Both the position numbers and the translations under genes were made by a program. A DNA stretch of 62,544 nucleotides, filler included, from Nemertoderma westbladi (lineage: Eukaryota > Animalia > Xenacoelomorpha), in NCBI GenBank assembly GCA_032718475.1. It is 3 parts of 3 records of this genome, joined end to end, with 100 filler letters (N's around TTAATTAATTAA, not from the genome) between each part and the next. Parts side by side here need not be neighbours in the genome. Positions count along the whole stretch, not along the records: positions 1 to 25,644 come from JAUCBJ010008865.1; 2 more parts are not named here. One strand, given 5' to 3'. Below are positions 1 to 11,288 of this stretch, piece by piece (position 1 is the stretch's first letter; every line of letters starts with the position of its first letter). The notes under the pieces are model-generated. The model had not been told where the DNA came from, did no database searches, and worked only from the letters and a program-made list of their open reading frames with translations.

Positions 1-1915
1 TACCGGTATACAGATTACAGTTTGTAGGATATATAATTCTGAAATAGAATTAATTACAAGTACCGGTATAATTTCAGCCGAAATTTATAGAAATAAAGAT
101 AATAGGCCTATCGTAAATACCGGTATATCAATTATTTCAAATAATTGAATTTCTGATACTTTAGGGTTACTTGGTTACTTTACTTACTTTATTACCGTTA
201 TTTGAGCAGTAATCCAACTGATATTGAGACCTAATGGTTGTATGGTAGGCCTACGATTTATAAATCGTTAGATTTGATTTATAATATATATATACCCGTT
301 TTAATGGGTTTTGTCAATGTTTGAAATAAATGTTATTATTTCTGGGGAGTAATCACTACACAAAGCGGTGCGCTTTCAGTGAAGTGTTACGTACAGGACA
401 CTAAAACAAATAATACTAATTTACCTAAGTTACTTAATACTACAAATTACGTACAATTCGGGTGAGATTACAATCTCTAAATAAACACAAAATTTACAAA
501 ACACAAAATACGAATTTTTTAGGGTAATTTTACAAGAAGTCTACAAACCAGCCTAACAAAGGGTTAGAAAACTGATTATTACAGCGGACAGGGTACTACG
601 GTATTTGAAATAATAAGTAGTAGCAAATACACTGCGTTGTCTAGATAGGAAAATACCACCGCCTGACGACCTATAGCCGTATCGCTATAGGTTCTACGTT
701 ATGTATCACGGAGTGTTCCTACCTAGAAGTTAATAGAGCTAATCGAATGTGCCTATCAACCACTTTACAACTCAAATATAATGGCTACAATAATTACTTC
801 GGGAAAGCACTGTACACTAAACCCTAAATTAGGTACGAGTACTTGTACAACAAATAATCAGTAGTTAAATATACTTGAACAGCTAAAAGAACCACGGCAT
901 CTGCTGGAGTGACCGATGCACAAAATCACCAGTCTTTACCTACGCCAAGCAGCCCGTATAGTACCGGGGTTAATTTAACTATAACGGTATGTATAACAAA
1001 CACAATTACTGTAGGAACAAACTTAGGGAATGAATGTTGCGAATAATCGCATAAACTCTGAATAATAAATATTACGCTACGCGTACAAACTACTCAAACA
1101 AAATACAGACAGAACACTGACAGGCTACTATCAAGCCTAAACAAACTACGGTATATGCAGACTCCGAAATGATTAGGGAGTATGCGCTCTAACCCAGTAG
1201 TGCGACTTATTCTTTAGCTGGGGGATTACCTTACAGCGTTCGCTGCCCCTACTGCCTAATCGTACTTAATCGGACAGATGATCTACACACGCGGCAATCC
1301 GCTCAGACTTAATAACAGCCAGACAACTATCCAGCCTACAAATTATTTAAATAAAATTATACGCTACCCGTACAGACTTACACAAACAAAGTACAGACTA
1401 AACGATGGCAGACTACTCTCAAGCCTAAATAAAATACAGGACATGCAGACTCCGAAATGATTAGGGAGTATGCGCTCTAACCCAGTAGTGCGACTTATTC
1501 TTTAGTTGGGGGATTTACCTTACAGCGTTCGCTGCCCCTACTGCCTAATCGTACTTAATCGGACAAGTGCTCTACACACACTGCAATTCGTTCGGACTTA
1601 ACAGCAATCAGACAACAGCTCAGCCTACAAATCGTCTGTACAATCTGATCAGGCTTACACGCCTTCTGTTCAATACTGGCCTACAAATAAATAAAACTTG
1701 ACAGAAATAAGTAAAATCTCAATAAAAAATCAGGGCGGCCGTTCCCTGATTAAGTACTAAGACCTACCGGTATACAACTATCAAAATCGAATAATACTGC
1801 TGTACCTGTACTGCTGTAGGTACCGGTCCGGGTGGTTAGGTAGTCAGGCCTACTGACCTACAGATGTACCGGTTGACCGGTACTTTCAACTTTATTGCTT
1901 ACTGCAATAAGAAGC

Positions 1916-1927
1916 TATATCCTTTAA
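1916..1927 (-). promoter_or_regulatory. Non-tRNA primer-binding site of copy A (putative self-priming site)
   Basis: TATATCCTTTAA abuts the LTR; its exact reverse complement TTAAAGGATATA is at 2704-2715 in the same LTR; no TGG. Confidence 0.75.
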
Positions 1928-3157
1928 TGTTCGCGCTTTCAGACCTTTGGCAGTTTAACCCACCAAATTAAGATGTCTTCTAGATATTAAATCAGTTTTT
2001 AGTCTATGACAAGTATTTGATTCACTACACTAGTCGAAACCAATCCGTGCGCGACCATTCACCCGCTGGAAATTCCCGGGAGATTGGGTTCGACGGTTTA
2101 ATTTTATTGCTATGTAAGCCTGATGTATTATTCGACTGACAGTATTATATAATCTCTGACAATATTATTCACCTTCGGGAATATTAACAGTTCCTTTAGG
2201 ACGTGGCGCTTTATCTATATAAACAGACTATATGACTTAAACCACTCACAACGGTATGGCTTAATTATAATTCACATATATGGCGCATTCTTTAGGAATG
2301 CTTCTTTAACAGACTCACTCATACACAATGCTGCACAATACTGCACACTAATCTGCCGATCTTCACTGATTTTAGTCACATATAAAAGGAACACAGACTG
2401 GCTCATGTAGGGTCTATCAAATAACATTAGATTCACTTCAAACCACTTTAACATAAGTCACAATCGTTTATCTGTAACCCTTCTCTCTTACCTTCGGTAT
2501 ATCAAGAAGATTGGGTTTCGGGGTTGTTTATCGTTATTCCAAATATAATTATTCATCAACCATATTATGAAGAACTGACGGTAAATAGCAGTATAACAAT
2601 ATAAAGGTATGCACAATGTTACACAGTATGCAGTGTATGCAGTACTGCAGTATGCAGACATCAGTCATCAGTATGCAGTGATTCCATGAGTCAGGTAGGT
2701 GCGTTAAAGGATATATGCCCTTTATAATTAAACCTACTAGTGTAAGACTAAAAACTAAAACACGGAGGTGCCAAAGCCGGTTCTTAGGCTCTGGACAAAA
2801 ACAATAACACTGAACTACTGAGTTTCTGTATATACCTCCAACACAGAGATAACAAACGCTCTGATTGGTCAACCTGAACAACGAGAGAACAGAGAAACAA
2901 AGAAACGTCGACGTGGCAATATCAGCTGCTAGCCGTCGTCATGGTAGCGACACTGTTTTCAAGAGTATCGTGCTTTTACGTCACGGAATTACGGATTATG
3001 TCCTCTAAAGTACAAATACAGAAGAAATAGCTCTTATGTCCGCTAAAACACCAGTACAGCAAGGACACGGCCTTTTTATGCCTGGTAAACCAACTACAGA
3101 GTACTTTACGGGAAAAATAAGGAAAAATAACCGGACAATTCAGTAAAAGCTTTTACA
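1928..3157 (-). repeat. 5' LTR of copy A (1230 bp)
   Basis: TG...CA termini shared with B and C; left ~600 bp aligns with the B LTR, right part strongly diverged; CCAAT-like box (plus-strand ATTGG) near 2865. Confidence 0.9.
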
Positions 3158-4885
3158 TCGAGTGTGGCTCCCGTTTTATAACAGATACGGAGTCGCGCTA
3201 CGCGATGGTGGAGCTCGAGTTGCTCGCCATCGCCTGGGCCACCCACAAATGCTGCCAATATACCTTGGGGGCCTCCCTCACTTCAAACTTGTGGTGGACC
3301 ACCAGCCGCTGTTGTCGATCCTGGACCCCAGACTATCGACACCACAGACAACACGAGGATCCAGCGGTTGAAATTCAAACTGTCGTCATATGTATTTACA
3401 ACCGTATGGAGGAAGGGGAAGGAACACCGCATCCTCAACACGTTGTCCCGATCCCCAGTGGACGACCCGACCTCCGATGATCTCGTCGATGACGGGGACA
3501 TGGGCCACTATCTACACGCTGTGACGTCACAGGCGGCCGACATCATACTGGAGAACTCCGACTCGGCGGAAGACAACCCCAACCTCCTCCTCCGCACATT
3601 GGAAACGACGGCACAGAGTGACCCCGACTACATCACCCTCCTCGACGCCATTCAGGCTGGGTTCCCGCCACGAGTCCAACCCTACTGGTCCATCTGGGAC
3701 GAACTCTCAGCCGACCACGACCTGGTGCTGTATGGACAGCGAATCGTGTTCCCGCGGGCTGCACAATGGGAAACACTGGCTCGCCTCCACGCCGCCCACC
3801 AGGGAGTCGAAAAGACTCGGCGGCATGCCCGCCAGACAGTCTACTGGCCCAGGCTAACTAACGACATCCGGACTATTGTCGCCTCATGCGAGCCGTGCAT
3901 AACATGCCGGGCCAGCCTCGCCAAGGAGCCACTCCTACATGACTGCGAGGCCAACACGGCCGTTCTAGGAGATCGCAGGTGATCTTTTCGAACTCAATTG
4001 CAAACACTACCTCGCCACCGCAGACCGCTACTCGGGGTGGCCCGAGGTATATGGGTACAGTAGCTACCCCACGGCCGCCTCCACAGCCGCACACATCTGG
4101 GACATCTTCACCCGGTTCGGTGTCCCCACGCATTTCACTTCTGACGGTGGACCACAGTTCTCAGGAAAGTACTTTACGGATTCCCTAAGCATCTGGGGAG
4201 TCAAGCCTATCACATCCTCCCCAGTTTACCCACAGAATAACGGCCTTGCGGAGTCCACTGTCAAGGCGACTAAGGCATTACTAACTAAGACAGGGGGGAA
4301 ACTGGACTCATCGTCATTCCAGGAGGGACTCCTGGAACTTCGCAACTTCCCCCGCGCCCGCGGAAAGTCGCCGGCTGAGATCCTGTTCGGTCACCCGGTA
4401 CGCACTCGGGTGCCTACACATAGCCGAGTTTTCCTTGCCGACCACCAGATGACCCGCACGGAGCTCGACCAGGCAGTGCCCTCGCTCCTAAAATCCCAGA
4501 CAGCCAGATACAATCGTGGCGCGCGACCCCTACCCCGCTTAGCGGTAAGGGCACCTGTGCGACGTTCAGAACCCCACATCGAAACGTTGGGACCGCACCG
4601 GGGTCATTGTGGAATCAAATCCCAACCGGAAGTACAGCGTTCGGACGCCTTCCGGTCAGTGCCTCACCCGCAACCGCCGCCACCTCATCCAGGACGCGGC
4701 CACTGGCATCCACCTCGGCTACAGCGCCGCCACGCCCCGTCCAATGCTACAGAAGGGCGTTCACTGGGCTGACGAACAAGCCAGTGCGTCTCCCGATCGG
4801 CCACGCCGTTCCTACCCATGCCTCCGATGGCAACCACGCAATAGACTATGATAGTTTGTGGATTGTGGGTGCACCAACAAACTAG
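3158..4885 (+). pseudogene. pol: Ty3/Gypsy (Mag-like) pol 3' fragment: RNase H and integrase, frameshifted
   Basis: ECGSRFITDTESRYAMVELELLAIAWA (RNase H); LHAAHQGVEKT...YWP...CEPC (integrase HHCC); SDGGPQFS and YPQNNGLAES (DDE core), spread over several frames. Confidence 0.9.
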
Positions 4886-5084
4886 AAAGGGGATGTAGGG
4901 ATACCATCCAGCCCGGACTCATTACTACGTGGCTCGCCCCAATATGGGAGTCCTTGTGTATACAGCAATATACTTTCAGTATCACGGGGCAGACAACAGT
5001 CAGACAGTGTGGGACACTGTAGGTTGTACGTTGTGTGCTGTACCGCAGTACAGTGCCGCCTAGCTAATATCAGCACCGCTTACC
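4884..5084 (+). repeat. Polypurine tract (4884-4893) and 3'-truncated 3' LTR of the Gypsy element
   Basis: AGAAAGGGGA directly precedes TGTAGGGATACC...; 4894-5084 closely matches the LTR starting at 24042. Confidence 0.85.
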
Positions 5085-5948
5085 GGGTTTGGGTAACTTT
5101 ATATCTCTTTCCAAAATCTTTTGTTCAGAGTTGGCTAAACAAAGAGAAATCAATGTTTACCAAAATTAATATATTCAAACATTTGCGTACATTGCCTATT
5201 TGGTCAGTTCTAAAACTGTATGCTTCGGTAAGGTTCAATGACCTCGTGTGCTCTAACTCCGTACAAGGTGTGCTTAATAATTACAATAATAGAATAATAC
5301 AAACCAACCGCTACCAAATAAATTGGCGAAATAAATTACAAACAGCATCTACTACCCTAAATCCAACTTCTATGTGATACTAATTCAGCACTGATTGATA
5401 TACTGTAAAATACATACATAAATAATTAATACCTATTAATACATAATTACTGAATTCAATATATTAATTATTACAGGACAACTACAGTATAGAGATAGAT
5501 ATATATGTAGTATGTATCCATCTGCCATAAATCATCAGTTTTTCACACAGTTTTGCATAATTATAAACGTTCTTCAGGAATAATTTAGAATAAAATATTT
5601 GCAACAAAACAGGACGAGCGCAACGATGCTTGTAATGTAGACGAGTGATGCTTGTCTATAGTCCTAAACCACACGTCACGCACAATTTCGAGACTTCGTA
5701 TAGTTATAAACTAATTTAGAATAAAATATTTTCAGAGAAAGCAGGACGAGCGCAACGAGGCTTGAAAATTAAGACGAGTAGGCCTACTGAGTTAACTATA
5801 CTGAACAGGTGGGTTTCTACATAGTACAGTCTAATATAATTTAAATTAAAAAGTTATTGTAATAAATTTTACTATTAAGAAAACTAGGACGTTTGGGAAA
5901 ATTATAAAATTGTAGAGAATTGGTGTCCACTGAATATAATTGTGTGTT

Positions 5949-6035
5949 TATTTATTATAAACACAATTATTTATTATAAACACAATTATTTATTATAAAC
6001 ACAATTATTTATTATAAACACAATAATTTATTATA
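5949..6035. repeat. Short AT-rich tandem repeat (~19-bp unit TTATTTATTATAAACACAA, about 4 copies)
   Basis: Directly visible tandem copies. Confidence 0.85.
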
Positions 6036-6881
6036 TTTACCAATATAATTAAATTATATCCTGCAAGCTGCAACCTTATTTTAACTAATAACCCTGCAAC
6101 CATAGAGTTCGCTAAATAAACTTTACCATCTTCAGCAGGGTGGAAATATCTGTAATTGAATGTTTACAGCTGTTAATTGTTAAGGAACACATTGCATTGG
6201 CAAGTCTACGAGGGGTATCAATTTTGTTTCGCTCAGTATTAGTGATTAGGTCATGGCTCAATTTGCGGTCTGCATTCTGGAGTCTGTATATACATAGAAG
6301 GACATGAAGTACGAGCCTATTGCTTTTAATTCTAATTTGTTGGACTGAAACAGAAATAGGCCTACAGTAGTATACTACTACTGTAATATTATATCACTGC
6401 TGCACTGTAGTATTATAGTGTGGTATACCATACTGATAGGCCTACATGTGACGGGATTTGAGTTGGCGAAGATCCCGACCGGTGTGTGTGTTTAAGTCTT
6501 GGGAAATACGCGTCGCCGCGTCCGCTTGGCTACTGAAAGGCTGTTGCAGTTCTAAAAGGACGGAGGCCGAATTAGTAACTGAGTTTTATAGTTGCAGTTG
6601 TTCGTAAATGTCAGATTATTAATATAGCACAATCTGATTACAATAATATCACGCGGTCAACGACGATGGTTAAAAACCGTGTGACTTCTACACTTCTACA
6701 TAGCCAACTAAAAGGCACAATTAATATGAGTAAACGGTTATATCATAATTACACACAGTAAACTCCTTGCTACTTTGGCCTAGCCAATGAATGCGCGCTT
6801 AATTGATGGTAATTCGCCCCACCATTGGCTGATCTATCTTTCCTGGGCCAATATGCTAGCTTCTGCCCTGAGATGAGCTGG

Positions 6882-8051
6882 TGTTCGCGCTTTTAAGACC
6901 TTTGGCAGTTTAACCCGCCAAATCTATATGTCTTTTAGGTTATAAATCGACTTTAGCCTATGATAAGTATTTGACACAAATAAATCCAACATTAGCCGAA
7001 GCCAGTCTATGCGCGACCATTCACCCGCTGGATATACCCGGGAGACTGGATTCGGATGCTTTAATTTGATTGCGGTGCAGGCCTACCGTACTATTCGATT
7101 GATCGTTAATATATAATCTCTGACAAATATTATTCACTTTCGGGAAATATTAGCAGTTCCTTTAGGACGTGGCGCTCTATCTATATAAACAGAGCTATGG
7201 CTTACACTAAACACAACGGAATGGATTATAAGTTACACATAAGGCGCATTCTTTAGGAGATGCTTTGTTAAGCGGACAAGCACATACAGACTATTGCACA
7301 CCGCTGCACACTGAATTGCCGATAGTCACTGATTTTAATCATATATAAAGAGAACAGCAACCGACATTTGTAGGGCCTATAAAATAGCATTCAATTCACT
7401 ACAAACCACGATAATATAAGTCGCAATTGCTATATGTAGCCAGTCTCTCTAACCTTAGTGTATCAAGAAGATCGGGGTTTCTGATCGTTTATCGTTATTC
7501 TCCAAATAACAATATGTAAATGAATGATACATTTAATAACAAACAGCAAATAGCAGTAAATAATGTGCAATACGTACCGTACCGTTATGTGTTCTTAGTG
7601 TCTCGTACCGCTGTACCGGTAACAGTTATGTGTTCTTATAATTAAAGCCGTTCTAATGTTGGAATAATTCAGAATAATTCCATAGCCGTTGTTCATGGCA
7701 TCAGGAAAACCAACACACTGAACCCTGTGAGCTGTTGCAGGTAGCTTTCAACACAAAGAGGAAAAGCTCTCATTGGCAGAGTTCCAGTTTCTATAAGTTC
7801 CATGAATGTCTAAATGCCAAACCTCCCTAGCCTTTGCAGCCCATAGCCAACACAAGGCTAAATCGCTCTGATTGGTCGATCATTGTTCTGATTGGTTAAT
7901 CGAACAGAACAAAGAGACCATGCGTACAGCAAATCAGCCAACCAGCGGGCGGATTGTGCCACTAGAAGCAACAGTTTAGAGGATTTGAGCGAATGGGGGA
8001 AAACTGGATTACAAATGGAAAAGACCAGTTATATCCCCAAAAGCTTTTACA
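6882..8051 (-). repeat. 3' LTR of copy B
   Basis: Direct repeat of 16986-18155 with about 8 substitutions counted by eye. Confidence 0.97.
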
Positions 8052-8059
8052 CCGCTCCC
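8052..8059 (-). promoter_or_regulatory. Short polypurine tract of copy B
   Basis: Minus strand reads GGGAGCGG immediately before the TGTAAAAG start of the 3' LTR. Confidence 0.6.
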
Positions 8060-8129
8060 AGAAAATGGGATTTAATTATATAAAATATAAAAAATCACAG
8101 TTTCTAAAATATAAAAATACTCTAAACAG

Positions 8130-9650
8130 TTAGTCTTTCTTGCGCGGACGGCGTTTACGCAGTTTCTTGAGGCTAGCAAGAGTCCTTTTCTCTTTAGGGC
8201 GAGCCACTTTACTAGGAGGGCTATAACTCCTGGGTGAAGGGTGCAATACAATTGCATCAGAAGGTTTAAGGTTACGGTCGGTGTCTCGTCCATTTCGATA
8301 TGCTTCTCCTCGAGCTGATTTTCCTCCGCTTGTCGTTGGATACGTTCGTCCAAAACTCTCGCAGAGAATAGGGTTGTCTAAGTTCGATATCTTCTTAGAG
8401 ATTCTGGATTTCCCAATCGAACTGAGATAAAGCCAATTCGTTTATCGCTTGGACTTGCTGTTACAACTTACGTTTATCTGAACAAACGCAGGTTTCCTTT
8501 CTGATCTTTGTAGAATAGCGTTTAACTCGTTTCGTACAACGCTCTCCTCCACCTTGATGAAGGGTTGTATCGCGTTAAACTGGGACGACTATACGGTTGA
8601 ATGGCGATATTAGGTGTCCGCGTCCCAATACGGCTAAGTAAGATGGGCTAATATCTAGGAAGCCCACAACCGGGGTGCCACCGACTAATTGTTCAGGTAA
8701 CACTAGATCTTTGAACAGTGAGTACAGCTCGGGAGGATCCGTCATACTAATAGGATCAAGAGTCTGAGGTCTCACTAGGGAATGAGGAGGTCTGATCGAG
8801 TATTCCGGAACTCTGATCATTGGTTTATTTAAGGATCGTCTGAGTCGAACGAGCGTAGGTGATACGTCAAACAAATTTCGCTCGAAACTCCCGTAAGTAT
8901 AGCGAGTAAAACCGTGTTTAATACAACGTCTCCACGGATGTTTAGGTCTTTCCGTTTGTTGGTTGGGTCTAGGGCATCCATCGCAACAACACCAAAGACG
9001 CACGTCTTGTAGGGGAAACTCGAGTGATCTTTCTCCAGTTCACAATACTCCTCCATCCGTTCGAAGCTATCCGGTGCAACAGGCAGCGGTCGATCAGCGG
9101 TAAGATACATCATAGTGGAATAGAGCCGTTTGAGTTCTACCATGCGGTCATGATGTATACCTTGAGGATATCGAGTTTCTAGATTCTGTTGACTGGTAAT
9201 ATCGAGATAGGTTTCTCTCAAGAATTCCAGGTATTTGGTGAAGTCGCTGCGTTTATCCGGCTCTTCAACATCTGCACTTTCGAGTCGGTTTCGAATAGAA
9301 TTTTCGTGTTCGAGTCTCAGTTTATCGTTCCGCTTCCGCTGGGTATGATATTTAAATAAAACCATTTCCCTTTTGGGGTCTATATCGTTCGTATCGTGTA
9401 GGTCGATAGGATGACCAGTAGTTAAGAAGTCCATATACGTACCATTACGATGCGTATAGCGAGCGGTGAATTTTCTACAGTCCAACCCACGCGCAAGTTG
9501 CTTCCGGGACATTGGCGGTTAGATATAACGACCATCGTCCTCCGTAGTAGTTGGACCAGCGTCGCCGCGTATCAAGCTATCAACAAACACTTGTAAAGGT
9601 AGAGTATATCGCTCCCTGATACCAAGATCATCTTCTATCAACTCAATCAT
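8130..9650 (-). pseudogene. Orphan second ORF of copy B in the env position, broken into in-frame and overlapping pieces
   Basis: ATG at 9650 opens 43 codons, then in-frame TAA (9519-9521), then the 227-aa ORF 9512-8829, overlapping ORF 9003-8575 and a basic tail (...KKLRKRRPRKKD*); conserved in copy C; no recognisable domain, signal peptide or TM segment. Confidence 0.55.
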
Positions 9651-11288
9651 ATCTGCTATATAAGTTTATCCATATTATAATGAGTTTATATTTAGGCGAG
9701 CGGGCGTCGCTGCCTACCCCTCTCTGCCCCCGGACAGTGTAAGATCCTCAGCGCCGATATACCGTCGTCGCTGTGCTTTTGCCAACGATGTAGCTACACA
9801 ATGACAACGATAACCGGCACAAGTCACTCCACTGTCCGTCCCAAAGGCTTAGATGTACTTCAGGTTCTTACTGGAGAGTTAGGGCTACTTTCACAATTGC
9901 GACTCGCTACTGTAAACACACCTTAGTAGTAACATTCACCTACAAACGCACAAATTCCACGTAACTGTCACAAATGGTACACATTCTATCACACATTCGG
10001 GTCATTTGTCCGTTAGTCAAGTGCCTTCCAGAATGTCACGTTGTTCTTATGTATCCTTGGATACTAGCGGTGTGCTATTTATTCCGTATGCTATTCAATG
10101 AGCAAGCTTTTTATTGTTCTGTTAACTCGCTTCTAATTCTAGCGTGGTTGTTGCTATGGTGACATTATGGAAAGCTAGCGGTAGAATTAGGGTAATTCCC
10201 ATGCATACAGATCTGGGATGCTATTTAATAGTAAGTCTTTGATGGTCAATATCATCTTTATATATGATTTTATGAATTTTATCGGCTATTGACTCTATAT
10301 TGGAGATTCTCGCACACTAATACACTTAAGAGGTGAATCTCCGCTCCCATGATCTATTAATTAATGGAATTTTGGGAATATTATAAATTGTATAAAATAA
10401 CAATTTATCAAATTCATTAAAAGATGAATTTAAATTTATTCCCGTAATTTTATTATTTAATATTAAATAGACACAATTTTATTCCAGAACAAGTCTGTGG
10501 ACTGGGATCCTTGATTCTAGGAATTGAACTTTTTAAGAATATCGGTAAGTGCTACGATATCTTATTAGACTAGAATTTTAAAGGATCTAAAATTTGACAG
10601 ATTTTATAAATATTAATAATTAATATTTAGGATGGGCACCAGTTTATTCCAGAACAAGTCTGGGGACATTAACCACTGATTCTAGAATTTTGTCTTTCAA
10701 GTATATCGGTGGGTGCCGCGATATCTTAATCGACTAGAATTGCAGATGGTCAAAGGGTTTAACAGATTTATTTTGCGTTTTACGCTACTGTTAAAGGGAC
10801 ATCACGCTACTATATGTATTATTTAATATACGGTATGAGAGCAATATCGCACGAAGCAATGTCAGTGTGAAGAGGCAAGTCGTTTCCAAGGTCTACCCAG
10901 AGCTTGGTTTAGCCGAGACACGAGGATCTGAACTTTGCATTCCTAATACTCTGCCTACCAATAATACTTAAATATAGTAGGAGCTTTATTGTACTTTAAT
11001 AAGTACGGATATTTCATCTTACTGTAGTCACGTATTTATAATATGATACGGACAGTAAGGAAAGAGAAAAAGAATTATTGCTCGCCGTCGCACTAAATAT
11101 AATATATAAGTAATTAAGTAATAAACACTAATATATTGCACTAATCTACTAAATAATCGCTAAATAACATTCTACTAAATAAAATTAAAGAAAACGATTA
11201 TAATAAAATTACATAATAATACATACATAATATAAAATAATAAAAATAAATATAAAATAATATAGTCACACACCCACTCCGTATGTTG

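Larger units (their letters stand above)
1..3157 (-). mobile_element. BEL/Pao-derived LTR element, copy A (5' LTR and leader only; rest lies left of the window); divergent subfamily
   Basis: 1-1927 is collinear with the leader of copy B (~15000-16985). 1928-3157 has the same termini as the copy B LTRs (TGTTCGCGC...AAAGCTTTTACA). The right flank TCGAG is Gypsy RNase H coding sequence. Confidence 0.9.

Noticed and set aside
7186-7200. Plus-strand TATA boxes suggesting the element is transcribed on the plus strand
   Set aside because: ORFs, PPT, primer site and the G-U pair in the DIS-like hairpin all indicate the minus strand; an antisense promoter cannot be excluded
8130-9650. env gene
   Set aside because: No signal peptide, fusion peptide, TM anchor or Cys pattern
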